Positions 9,194 through 18,563 of a stretch of 64,000 nucleotides of DNA are shown piece by piece. This DNA is from an uncultured Nitrososphaerota archaeon (lineage in GTDB: Archaea; Thermoproteota; Nitrososphaeria; Nitrososphaerales; Nitrosopumilaceae): positions 256,001 through 320,000 of the forward strand of contig OY969559.1 in the NCBI GenBank assembly GCA_963701075.1, read 5' to 3'. Made by a program: the position numbers and the translations under genes. Numbering within the stretch: the stretch's first letter is position 1; every line of letters starts with the position of its first letter. Under the pieces are notes generated by a model. That model was not told where the DNA came from. It saw only the letters and a program-made list of their open reading frames with translations, and searched no databases.

Positions 9194-12007
9194 TTAGCTT
9201 GTGCCGTTAGAAGCCCTTATCGTTATTACACGAGCATCATCTGGATTAACTGGTCTGCTGTTCGAATCTGTCGGTAATGCGGCTATCTTGTCTACTACAT
9301 CCTGGCCTGAAATTACCTGCCCAAAGAGAGTATACTTGCCATTTAGGAAACTGGCATCTCCTACTGTTATGAAGAATTGTGAGCTTCCGCTGTTGACGTC
9401 TTGTCCGCGTGCCATTCCAACTGTATATGACGTAAAGTTCAGGTCACTGAACTCTGGCGGGATGTTATATCCAGCATCTCCTGTTCCCCAAGTATCTTCT
9501 GAACCGTTTATGGAATTGGGATCTCCTCCTTGTATGACAAATCCAGGAACTATTCTGTGGAATACAGTTTTGTCATAGAACCCAGAATTTGCCAATTTCT
9601 CAAAGTTGGCAACTGTCTTGGGAGCTACGCTGTTGAATAATTTTAGCGTGATGTCTCCATATTTTGTAGTAATTACTGCAGTATCACCAGTTGTTGTAGA
9701 CGAACTATTTGTTGTCGTAATCTTTGGCAGCGAAGGTTGTTGTGGCAGTGTGCTGTTTGCCTGTTGCTGTGTGCTGTTTGTCTGTTGTTGACTGTAGCTT
9801 CCTAGCACATAATTTGCATTGACTTGGTAAATTAATACCCCAGAGATGACACCCGAGTCAGTTCTGTTCATGCTGGATGACTGGTATACAAGTTTTAGTG
9901 GACCATTTCCATTTTCAGGATACTTGATATTTTTGGCATAAATTGCAGTAAATCCAGATTGGTATGTCTGAGACTCGGAATGACTAGTTGGATCATAATA
10001 CGTTACAGTTGTAAATGGGAACATGTGTCCAAGCAATGTATTTTGCCAGAAATAATCAGTAGGTGTAAACTCGTCGGATTGTAGGAATTGCGTCTCGTCT
10101 TCACCTGCAATTCTCATAAACCACTGTTTCTTACTTTCATCTCCACCACCGCCTAGAACATACAGTTCTTGGCCGTTTGAGACAAATTTTTGTCCAACTA
10201 CATACACAACAACATAGTCTGCGTGCATGTCTCGCAACATCTTCCAAGCATCATCAGGAGAAGCCAGAAACATCTTTGCTATACCTGCTATTTTGTTTGT
10301 ATCTAGTGTAGCATTATCAACAAAAGTGGTTCTGTTTCCTAAAGTCTGTATCCAGTAACCATAATCCCACCATGAAGCTATGACCGAATTTGGCGGAGTA
10401 TTGTTTTTTAGCCAACTCATTGCATCTGGCCAATCAGTTGTCGCAATTGCAAAATTAGAACCGCCATTGAGTATTGTAGGAGGCGCTTTTACTATTGATA
10501 TCCAATTTGCGTCAACAGGAAAAATTAGAGGTACCAATAACAAGGCCACAATTATAACTACAAATGATATCTTTGGAATCGGGCCAAGAAAGACAAGGCT
10601 TTTTTTTGTCAGAGTTTTCTTTTTTGATGACTCTTTTGATGGTTCTGTCACTGCCGGTTTGTTTTCCTTTTTCAGTATCTCAGATGTCATGGCCGCAAGC
10701 CCAATAGATGCCAGCACAATGACAGAGCTTGCTGTCAATAATTCTAATCTAGAAAATGTTGAACCGGCATATGCACCTACTATTCCAAGAATGAGGGCAA
10801 AAATAGTCATCTCATTTTTGATGCTAAATGGCAGAGAGTTATTGCCATCACTTTTCTTCCTAAAGATCAACCATATTCCAAAGCCCGCAAATAACATTAG
10901 AATTGAAAAATAGGTAAAGTTTTGCGCAAGTGTTGGAGTGGCATGTTCTGCAACTGAATCTACCAAGGGATCCTCTGATGTTAAGAAGGGATCCATCGCA
11001 TTCATGTAACGGAAACTAGCTGAGTGAAGAGCCCCCGATGCAAAGATTGCACCTCCAATGACTATACACGCGGCAAGAACCAACAAGCTGTTACGCAACT
11101 TGACCTGATCCTTGCTAAATTTCTGAACAAAAATTATTATGACCATCAGTATGGTTGGGCCGATGAGAACAAGACCTCTTTCGCCAAATACAAAAGTGGG
11201 TCCGGGTCTTGCAAATACGCCTCCCGATATAGCCATTGTTACGGCTACAAAAAATGGAATTGCCCACAATAAGAACTTGTGATCTTTTCGCACAAAGGGC
11301 AGTATAAGGACAAAAATTCCTAGGGGTATTAGGAAGAATTCTATTCCTCCCCAAGAAGCAAAACCGATGCTTAGAAATCCTGCCCCGCCAAAGAGTTTGG
11401 CAATTGCAACTTTTCGGTTTTCAGATTTTATCCCGCTAAGGAACAGGTATACGCCTAATAGTCCATAAAAGAGTCCAAGCGGTTCTGACTTGAACCACCC
11501 TATTGTTCCCCTCACTATTATGGGCGGAGAAATTGCGAAGAAAAGCGATGCAAAAAGACCAGATGTCGTGCCTCCTATAACTCGGACAAGTGCAAATACT
11601 ATGACAGTTGTTAGAGAACCAAAGACTACTGGAAATATTATTGTAAAATCATAAAGACTCATTCCACCGCCAAAGATTTTGTACAAGATGGCATCGGTGA
11701 AGTGAAGCGGCACTTGGGCATTGGTAAAGACATCCCTGCCTTCCGGATACCAGCTCATTGTGTCATGCCAGTGAACATACGCATCGACACCGTTATTTAG
11801 CAAGTATTCTGTTGCCCTGTAGTTAAAGAACGGGTCAAACTCGTTTAGTTGAAAACCATAGTCAGCAGCTTGTGATCTTACCATGGCCGAGATGGAAAAG
11901 GAAGCTGCAAGTATTCCAATCACAAGCAAATGTCGTAAATTAAAATCACGGCTTCCTACCGTGAACAGTTTTCTATCCTGAATCAACCTAAGCTTGATGA
12001 AATTCAC
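9194..12007 (-). CDS. aglB: oligosaccharyltransferase AglB/STT3 fused to a C-terminal cyclophilin-type PPIase
   Basis: EFDPFFNYR, SVAEH, WWDYG, DNAT, multiple TM helices; C-terminal APKTVANF, FHRIVPGFVIQGGDP, GMAR, SQFFI, YTLFGQV. Confidence 0.92.
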   Translation of the reverse strand: MNFIKLRLIQDRKLFTVGSRDFNLRHLLVIGILAASFSISAMVRSQAADYGFQLNEFDPFFNYRATEYLLNNGVDAYVHWHDTMSWYPEGRDVFTNAQVPLHFTDAILYKIFGGGMSLYDFTIIFPVVFGSLTTVIVFALVRVIGGTTSGLFASLFFAISPPIIVRGTIGWFKSEPLGLFYGLLGVYLFLSGIKSENRKVAIAKLFGGAGFLSIGFASWGGIEFFLIPLGIFVLILPFVRKDHKFLLWAIPFFVAVTMAISGGVFARPGPTFVFGERGLVLIGPTILMVIIIFVQKFSKDQVKLRNSLLVLAACIVIGGAIFASGALHSASFRYMNAMDPFLTSEDPLVDSVAEHATPTLAQNFTYFSILMLFAGFGIWLIFRKKSDGNNSLPFSIKNEMTIFALILGIVGAYAGSTFSRLELLTASSVIVLASIGLAAMTSEILKKENKPAVTEPSKESSKKKTLTKKSLVFLGPIPKISFVVIIVALLLVPLIFPVDANWISIVKAPPTILNGGSNFAIATTDWPDAMSWLKNNTPPNSVIASWWDYGYWIQTLGNRTTFVDNATLDTNKIAGIAKMFLASPDDAWKMLRDMHADYVVVYVVGQKFVSNGQELYVLGGGGDESKKQWFMRIAGEDETQFLQSDEFTPTDYFWQNTLLGHMFPFTTVTYYDPTSHSESQTYQSGFTAIYAKNIKYPENGNGPLKLVYQSSSMNRTDSGVISGVLIYQVNANYVLGSYSQQQTNSTQQQANSTLPQQPSLPKITTTNSSSTTTGDTAVITTKYGDITLKLFNSVAPKTVANFEKLANSGFYDKTVFHRIVPGFVIQGGDPNSINGSEDTWGTGDAGYNIPPEFSDLNFTSYTVGMARGQDVNSGSSQFFITVGDASFLNGKYTLFGQVISGQDVVDKIAALPTDSNSRPVNPDDARVITIRASNGTS

Positions 12008-12042
12008 TCTGTTTATTACTCTTTTGGGCTCTCTATTGTCCC

Positions 12043-12702
12043 CTAAGGTTCTTTTGTTAATATGTGGACTTCACAGGATGTCACCGCATTTTTAAATTCC
12101 TGAGCATCCTGCGGACTTCCTACAATTGAACCATAATGCATAGGTATTGCAATCTTTGGCTTTATCACATCTACAGATCTTGCAGCATCCCTTGGAGTCA
12201 TAACATATGTTCCGCTTACTGGAACCAGCAACACATCTGGTTGCAAATTATTCATTTCTGGAACCAGATCAGAATCGCCAGTGTGATATATTGTGGTACC
12301 ATTGATATTAATCAGAAATCCAATTTTGCCATCTTCTTTTGGATGGAATGGTTTTTTTGTATCAGGATTTATTTTGTCTATGTTATAAGCTGCAACTCCC
12401 CTCAATTTTATTCCATTTACGGTTTTTTCTTCGCCAGGAGAGAGGCTTATCTTTTCCTTAAATGGAATACCCACCAACTTGCTGATGCATTCTTTTGCTG
12501 CCACAATCGTTGTCCTGTTAGATGAGACTTTACCCAAGTCTTCTATACTCATATGATCAAAGTGCTCATGAGAGACAAGTATCAAGTCTGCCTCAAATGG
12601 CTTTGAAATTCTGTAGGGGTCTGTTATTATCTTGAAATCTTTTTCCAGCAAAAAGGTATCATGGCCTAGCCATTTTATTTTGATGCCTTTGTACTCTAAC
12701 AT
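12043..12702 (-). CDS. MBL-fold metallo-hydrolase
   Basis: WLGH, SHEHFDH, YHTGDS, IPMHYG. Confidence 0.9.
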   Translation of the reverse strand: MLEYKGIKIKWLGHDTFLLEKDFKIITDPYRISKPFEADLILVSHEHFDHMSIEDLGKVSSNRTTIVAAKECISKLVGIPFKEKISLSPGEEKTVNGIKLRGVAAYNIDKINPDTKKPFHPKEDGKIGFLININGTTIYHTGDSDLVPEMNNLQPDVLLVPVSGTYVMTPRDAARSVDVIKPKIAIPMHYGSIVGSPQDAQEFKNAVTSCEVHILTKEP

Positions 12703-12726
12703 ATTTTAATATTATTTTTGATAAAA

Positions 12727-13106
12727 TTAAGTCTTGCTTGGCTCTAAAATTATTCTGTCATTTGCCAAAGACAGGATTGTTCCTCCATTTTCCTTTATCT
12801 TCCTCTTGAGTTCAATATCTATGGTAGCCACTATACCGCCATTGTTCTTCACGTGGTATACCAGGGCATCATCTACTTTCTTTCCAGAAATTTTTATCCT
12901 GCCAAAGCCTTCTGAGATCCTCAATGCATCAAGTGCGGAACTTTTTTTTTATCATTTGCTTTTGAAATTCTTGTAAGCTCATCAATTACAAGGTCTGGCA
13001 CAACAAACTCCAAATTTCCAATTTCAGTATCCATACTTGAGATATTTTTTATCTTTTTTGAGCCAAGAACCATTAGAAAACTGGTATCACAGATTACTTT
13101 AACCAA
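12727..13106 (-). CDS. PIN-domain protein, Fcf1/Utp24-like (frameshift in homopolymer run ~12942-12950)
   Basis: VICDTSFL, VPDLVIDEL, VDDAL, VATIDIELKRK; conserved position after aIF2 gamma. Confidence 0.85.
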
Positions 13107-14364
13107 CTGATACACCTGCACCTATCAATCTCCATCTTTCCCCTATTCTTCTACTTATTGCAACCTTACTGTTCTCAAAGAGACACACAGGTCGCTTGAA
13201 CTGTATCTCTACTGTCTTACCTCTTGCACTTGTTACTTTGGATAACAAAGGAGCTGTTCCTATGCTTAATCTAAGAGATTCTCCGGTTTGGACCGATGAT
13301 ACTTTAATCTCATCGCCAGAACCAACTGCAGTATCAAAAAGGCTGACTTCAATCTTGGCATTGTAGGAATTTTCAGGCAGGGTCCCGGGCTTTCCTATGA
13401 TGGAGCCTATCAACGAGTCGCTGCGTGTCATGGATGGATCAAGTTTTGTCCCTATTGCAACAAGGCCCCCAGGTTTTACTTGATCAACAATTCCAGCTCC
13501 GGTTCCAAGAGAAGATATCTGAGTTACAATGGATTCATATTTTCCTGACTTTTCATTTTGTAGGCCGGGCTTTATCTCAATCTCGTCTCCCACATTAAAC
13601 GTGCCCTGAGTGAGACTTCCTCCTATCACCCCTCCCTTCATGTCTTTTATCTTTGTACCTGGTTTGTTTACATCAAATGATCTTAACACATGCATGACAG
13701 TACTTCCAGATTCTTTGCGTTCTGGAGTTGGAATTGTAGATTCTATTGCACCTATTAGTGCGTCAATATTTAGTTTTGATTGAGCAGAGATAGGAATGAT
13801 TGGGGATTTGGCAGCATTGGTTCCTTTAACAAATTTTACTATATCAGAATAATTTTCCATGGCTTCCTCATATGATACGAGATCTACCTTGTTTTGCACC
13901 AAAACTATTTGTTTTATGCCAAGTGTTTGCAAGGCAAGCAAGTGTTCTTTTGTCTGTGGCTGGGGCACCTTTTCATTTGCTGCAATTACAAGCATGGCGC
14001 CATCTATCAGGGCAGATCCAGAAAGCATGTTTGCCATAAGGCTTTCATGGCCCGGACTGTCAACAAAACTTACAACACGAGAAAGCTCGCTTTCCTTGCC
14101 ACAGTTATTACATTTTGGCGTAACTGAATATCCTAGTGGAACTTCACAGCTTTTGCATTTATAAAATGCGGCATCTGCATATCCAACTCTAATGGTAATT
14201 CCCCGTTTGAGTTCCTCACTGTGAGCACTGGTCCAAACACCTGTTAGTGCCTGTATCAGAGTTGTCTTTCCGTGATCAACATGTCCAGATGTACCAATAT
14301 TGACACATGGTTGATGTCCATATTTTTTTATGTACCAATCAGGAAGAGTTTCTCTCCAGTGCAC
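13099..14364 (-). CDS. eif2g: translation initiation factor aIF2 gamma
   Basis: GHVDHGKTT, EELKRGITIRVGY, Zn knuckle, DSPGHE, NKVD, WRLIGAG. Confidence 0.97.
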   Translation of the reverse strand: MHWRETLPDWYIKKYGHQPCVNIGTSGHVDHGKTTLIQALTGVWTSAHSEELKRGITIRVGYADAAFYKCKSCEVPLGYSVTPKCNNCGKESELSRVVSFVDSPGHESLMANMLSGSALIDGAMLVIAANEKVPQPQTKEHLLALQTLGIKQIVLVQNKVDLVSYEEAMENYSDIVKFVKGTNAAKSPIIPISAQSKLNIDALIGAIESTIPTPERKESGSTVMHVLRSFDVNKPGTKIKDMKGGVIGGSLTQGTFNVGDEIEIKPGLQNEKSGKYESIVTQISSLGTGAGIVDQVKPGGLVAIGTKLDPSMTRSDSLIGSIIGKPGTLPENSYNAKIEVSLFDTAVGSGDEIKVSSVQTGESLRLSIGTAPLLSKVTSARGKTVEIQFKRPVCLFENSKVAISRRIGERWRLIGAGVSVG

Positions 14365-14396
14365 AAAGAAGCTGAAAAACATTACCTATCTTAATC

Positions 14397-14807
14397 TTAT
14401 GCCTTTTTTGATTTTTCAGCGCTTTCTTTTTTCTCTGCTTCTTCTTGTGGTTTTTCTTCTATCTTGAGCTCGCCATCAAGAAAACAATTTACCTGATATA
14501 CCTCTTCAGTTATCGTACTTCCCCGTATTAGCTTGCGTACTCGCTGGCCAATCTCTGCATTTCTCAGGCCAACTCCCTGCGACAAAAGTATGTACTTGCG
14601 CGCTCCACCATGGATATCAGGGCGCAAAGGAACTCCCGACTTGTCACTGCCTCCTGTGACCTTTAGTTTACCTGCTTCGCCTACCAATGCAGCATCAAGC
14701 TCAGAGCCTACTTGCAGTCCTAGAAATGGATTTGCATCCTTTTCTTTAACCTCTTTTGAGATTGTTTTTCCTTTCTTGTCTGAGATGTTTAGCTTGAATG
14801 TAGCCAA
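14397..14807 (-). CDS. rps6e: 30S ribosomal protein S6e
   Basis: FKLNISD, LKVTGGSDKSGVP, GQRVRKLIRG. Confidence 0.95.
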   Translation of the reverse strand: MATFKLNISDKKGKTISKEVKEKDANPFLGLQVGSELDAALVGEAGKLKVTGGSDKSGVPLRPDIHGGARKYILLSQGVGLRNAEIGQRVRKLIRGSTITEEVYQVNCFLDGELKIEEKPQEEAEKKESAEKSKKA

Positions 14808-14820
14808 GTAGTGAAAAAAG

Positions 14821-14965
14821 TTTTCACACTATTAATTAAGGTTCTGTTATGAGTGTTTGTCAAATTTGCAAGACATACCCCCATCACTTGACTGCATCGA
14901 CTCGATAGATTACCGGTTCCTTGCTACCAGGTTCTACCATCACCGCTTCACCTGCAGTCCCGTCT
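14821..14965 (-). ncRNA. putative omega-RNA (scaffold plus guide) of TnpB-1
   Basis: Nucleotide blocks CTGCAGrTGAAGCGrTGAT, GAACCTGG, GTAATC, GAGTCGATGCAG, ACAGAA shared with the 3' end of TnpB-2; boundaries approximate. Confidence 0.6.
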
Positions 14966-16020
14966 GGCACGACCTGTGTGCCTCGAAGCAAGATGTTGTG
15001 AGCAGCGTTGATATCTCTATCAATACTGCTCTTACAAGTAGGACAGAACATCTTTCGGTGCTCTTCGGGTACTAGTTTTGACCCACATGCCGCACACTTT
15101 GTGCTTGTCCCACCTGCCTTGATATATTCTACCGGCAGACCAAGCCATCTTGCCTTGTACTCGATCTGTCGTTGAAGTTCATAAAATGACCAAGAGTTCA
15201 TCTTTTGTCTGTGCTTTCTTCCTTGACCGTTTCCCTTTCGATACAACTTGCGAATTCCCTTGAGGTTTTCCATTATGATTCCAGAATTTTGAGATACAAT
15301 CTTCTTTGATGTATAGTGCAAGATACCATGTACTCTGTTCTTCTGCAGTTTACCATATTTTTGAAATATCTTTCTTCGTATCCTGGAATCATTGCGTTTG
15401 AATTTACTTTTTACTGTACTGTATGATGCAATGATCTTCTGAGCCTGGAATAGGTCGTGTACAATACAGTTTCCATGTGTATCATATGTTGTTACATTAT
15501 TTAGATTTCTGTCAATTCCAATAAAACTAGATGGTCTTTGTTCTGGAATGTCTTTAGAGTATGAGATTATCAACTTGTCATCTGTGATGGTAACATTTCC
15601 AAGCTTTGTACCCTTAATTTTTTCACAAACATAGCTAGTCAGCCTGATGAGGATATATTTTGTAGATTCTGTAGGAACTCTGATGATATCATATTCAATC
15701 TTATATGACTGATTTTCAATTATCAAGTGATTCCTTGAAATATACGGTTTTTTAGCATTAGGTTTCTTCTTTAGCACCTTTTTATACAGTTTCAATTTAG
15801 AAGCAGCACATTCTAGTGCACCATAGACATATTTGCAATGGAACTGTGAGTCTAGACGTAATTTGTGGTACAATTGGTAATGAATTTTGTACTTTGATGT
15901 GAGGTTCTTCTCTATACCGATCCTGATTGCCTCGTTTGCGCAGTATCTGAAATAATCAAAGACTGGACCAAGCTCGTCTTTTCTGTTATGGTACTGCCAG
16001 ACACACTTTGTTACTTTCAT
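14884..16020 (-). CDS. tnpB: TnpB RNA-guided endonuclease (TnpB-1), no TnpA
   Basis: RuvC GIDRN / IMENL / DRDINAAHNI; CAAC..CPTC zinc finger. Confidence 0.92.
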   Translation of the reverse strand: MKVTKCVWQYHNRKDELGPVFDYFRYCANEAIRIGIEKNLTSKYKIHYQLYHKLRLDSQFHCKYVYGALECAASKLKLYKKVLKKKPNAKKPYISRNHLIIENQSYKIEYDIIRVPTESTKYILIRLTSYVCEKIKGTKLGNVTITDDKLIISYSKDIPEQRPSSFIGIDRNLNNVTTYDTHGNCIVHDLFQAQKIIASYSTVKSKFKRNDSRIRRKIFQKYGKLQKNRVHGILHYTSKKIVSQNSGIIMENLKGIRKLYRKGNGQGRKHRQKMNSWSFYELQRQIEYKARWLGLPVEYIKAGGTSTKCAACGSKLVPEEHRKMFCPTCKSSIDRDINAAHNILLRGTQVVPDGTAGEAVMVEPGSKEPVIYRVDAVK

Positions 16021-16133
16021 GATGTGTCAAAAACGAACGATTCACCTAAAAGGTATTGGTAATTATCACATATCCATATAATTCAACAACACTAACCTAA
16101 ATCTTTTAAAATTTGCAATTCCGCTCTAGTCTA

Positions 16134-16256
16134 TTGAAAGAGCAGATCAAGTGCCCACGATGTGAAAGGATGATGACCTCAATGCAAGCGTGTCACATGA
16201 TATGCACAAATTGCGGTGCACACCTTGATTGCTCTGACAAGGGCTCGTTCTGGTAA
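16134..16256 (+). CDS. 40-aa zinc-finger microprotein
   Basis: TTG start: MKEQIKCPRCERMMTSMQACHMICTNCGAHLDCSDKGSFW; below ORF-track cutoff. Confidence 0.75.
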   Translation: MKEQIKCPRCERMMTSMQACHMICTNCGAHLDCSDKGSFW

Positions 16257-16257
16257 A

Positions 16258-16434
16258 TTACAATCCACCAGGCTTGTCGAATTGAAAGTTGTCCACCATT
16301 GCTCCTACTCTTTGTTTCATGAGATTTAGGTAGTCTTCATATTTTGCTTCAAAACCACAGTGAGGGCATTTGACACTAGTTACATCGTCATCAAGAATTG
16401 CAACTTTGTCACATTCTGGGCACTTTGCATCCAT
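16258..16434 (-). CDS. 58-aa zinc-ribbon protein
   Basis: MDAKCPECDK...VKCPHCGF; start at ATG 16434 avoids overlap with the tRNA. Confidence 0.8.
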   Translation of the reverse strand: MDAKCPECDKVAILDDDVTSVKCPHCGFEAKYEDYLNLMKQRVGAMVDNFQFDKPGGL

Positions 16435-16457
16435 TGGATCTAGTTGCGCGGTCAAAC

Positions 16458-16464
16458 TATATAA
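16458..16464. promoter_or_regulatory. TATA box, possibly shared by the divergent tRNA-Gly and zinc-ribbon genes
   Basis: TATATAA about 25 nt from both the tRNA 5' end (16490) and the ATG at 16434. Confidence 0.5.
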
Positions 16465-16489
16465 TGTTAGATACCAGAATCTCAACCAA

Positions 16490-16563
16490 GCGGAGTTAGT
16501 CCAGCCCGGCAGGACGTCAGCTTCCCAAGCTGAAGGTCGCGGGTTCAAATCCCGCACTCCGCA
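16490..16563 (+). tRNA. tRNA-Gly (CCC), no intron, no encoded CCA
   Basis: Acceptor GCGGAGT/ACTCCGC-A, anticodon arm TCAGC-TTCCCAA-GCTGA, T arm GCGGG-TTCAAAT-CCCGC. Confidence 0.97.
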
Positions 16564-16584
16564 TTTAACAAATACAAAATTTGT

Positions 16585-16992
16585 TTATTTTTTTAAAATA
16601 TTTTCAATCTCAGCAAGCTCGCTATCACTCAGTTTGGGTCTCTTTGTAAACATGCTGTGCACCGGACCTGCACCGTCTTCTTGTCTCCTTGGAATTAGGT
16701 GTACATGAACATGCGGTATTTCCTGGCCACTTTCTTTTCCGTTATGGACTGCTACTAGTGAAGATGGAGCCAAACGCTCAATCTTGCCTGTCAATATTCT
16801 TACAGTCTCAAACAGATCAGCGTTGTCTGATTCGGTCATTTCTTGTATCTTGGTATAGTGAGTCTTGGGGATTACAAGTGTGTGACCTTTAGTCAATGGA
16901 AACGCATCAAGGAATGCAATTGATTTTAAAGTCTCATGTATCTTTCTTGCAGGAATCTTTCCAGATACAATGTTGCAAAATATGCAATCCAT
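16585..16992 (-). CDS. HIT family nucleotide hydrolase
   Basis: CIFC, GHTLVIPK, GQEIPHVHVHLIPR. Confidence 0.95.
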   Translation of the reverse strand: MDCIFCNIVSGKIPARKIHETLKSIAFLDAFPLTKGHTLVIPKTHYTKIQEMTESDNADLFETVRILTGKIERLAPSSLVAVHNGKESGQEIPHVHVHLIPRRQEDGAGPVHSMFTKRPKLSDSELAEIENILKK

Positions 16993-17039
16993 TTACATTT
17001 TTTGGTTGTTAGAAGACTGTTAAATCCTTTTGGAGGTCG

Positions 17040-17986
17040 TTAGTTCAATTCTGTTATTGCTTGCGCAATAGATGCATGGTCTGGAGCATCTGGCATCTGT
17101 TCCAGATATTTTTTGAGATCTTCTTTGGCCTCGACTGTTTTATTCTGCTCTAGTCTTGCAATGCCTCGATTCTTGTAGATTGGCACAAATCTGTGTGGAT
17201 TTATCTTTATTGCAGCAGTGTAATGAATTTCTGCATTTTGATAATCTTTTGTCTTTAGATAATAGTTGCCAAGTCCCCTATATGCAAGATAGCACCTGTC
17301 ATTTACTCGATGCTTTTCTTGTAGTACTGGACTGCTTCTTGCAAGCTTAGGTCATTTAGTATTCCAGCATACAGGCATGAAGCAGTGGAATTTGATGGAT
17401 TGATCTCAAGTGCTTTTTTTAACAATTGGACAGCTTCGTCAGTTTTTCCCTGCAACCGTAACTTTTCTGCATCAAAGCACAGCCTGTTTGACTTTGTCTT
17501 GCTGTCATGTGCTATCTTTGCCTCTGGTATGATATCAGGAGGAACTAGCAAAAGCATCAACCTGTCATCTTCTTCCCACTGTTTGTCAAATTTTTCGTCA
17601 GGAATTGCGCCAATCTTGTCAGGCTCTGGAATGTAGTGAAAAATGGTCTTTTCCATTTCATCATACCCAATAACCAAAGATGCATGTTGCACGACATCTT
17701 TTATTCCAGGTAAGATAACAATGGGAGGTATTCCCATGTCAATGAATCTCTTGAGTTCTTTTAGCGAAGAATTCAAAATTATGCTTGCAAGCCCGTGTCT
17801 TTCTGCTAGCTCGACGCCCTCAATCAATATGGTTCCCTTTACTCCAGGATATCTTTTTGCAATCTCTTTGGCTTCTGCCAGGGGAAGGTCTACTCCCCAG
17901 TATTTTGACACGGCGCTAATAACAAGGGGCAGACAGATGTTCTCCTCTTGGACTATAGGTACATCAAGTGAGTGACTCGATTCCAT
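17040..17986 (-). CDS. C39-like cysteine peptidase domain plus TPR repeats (apparent frameshift ~17306)
   Basis: QEENICLP and HASLVIGYD; TPRs continue in another frame (NDRCYLAYRGLGNYYL...IYKNRGIARLEQ) to TAA 17040. Confidence 0.75.
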
Positions 17987-18017
17987 GAGATGAGACCTTG
18001 CACGTGTGTTATTAACT

Positions 18018-18563
18018 CTATTTCACAGATGCGAAACTTTTCAACAAATTCTTTCCGTCGTTGCTCATCTCCGGATGAAATTGAGTTCCAAAAATATTTT
18101 GATTTTCATACTGGAAAATTTCAAACTTGCAAGCACCTGAGCTGGCTATCACGTTAAAGGATGAGTCAAGTGTGGCAACCTTGTACGAATGGCTTTCAAA
18201 TGCCTTGATCTTTCCGCTGCATAAGGGATTATCTTGTGTTACATTGACTTCATGAATGCCATGTCGTGGCTCTGCCATCTTTTTTATTGTGCCCCCTAGC
18301 GTGATTGCAAGAATTTCTGCACCGTAACATATTCCAAGAAGAGGCTTTTTCTTTGCAAGAGCATATCTAATCAATTTAGAGTTGATAGCATTCATCATGG
18401 AATCATTTTGTCTTCTTCCAGATAGAATGATTGAAAGCGAGTCCTCAATGTCTGATTCTGTTACCTTATCAAATAATACATGCCTGTAGTTTATTTTTAT
18501 TTCTTTGAGGCAGTCTATAATGGAGTTTGTGTAGACAGAGCCATTGTCTACAACCAGTAACAA
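18018..18563 (-). CDS. class I glutamine amidotransferase (GMP synthase subunit A-like)
   Basis: VVDNGSVYT, PLLGICYG, GTQFHPE. Confidence 0.9.
   Translation of the reverse strand: MLLVVDNGSVYTNSIIDCLKEIKINYRHVLFDKVTESDIEDSLSIILSGRRQNDSMMNAINSKLIRYALAKKKPLLGICYGAEILAITLGGTIKKMAEPRHGIHEVNVTQDNPLCSGKIKAFESHSYKVATLDSSFNVIASSGACKFEIFQYENQNIFGTQFHPEMSNDGKNLLKSFASVK

Noticed and set aside
14884-16020. Cas12f/Cas14 CRISPR effector or nuclease-dead TnpB regulator
   Set aside because: No array near any TnpB, and all three RuvC acidic residues are present
14862-16118. AAATTTGCAA direct repeat and weak inverted similarity around TnpB-1
   Set aside because: AT-rich, not positioned at the inferred element end, compatible with chance
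16258-16708. ORFs 16258..16557 (long form) and 16370..16708
   Set aside because: They run through the tRNA gene; only the 58-aa zinc ribbon is credible
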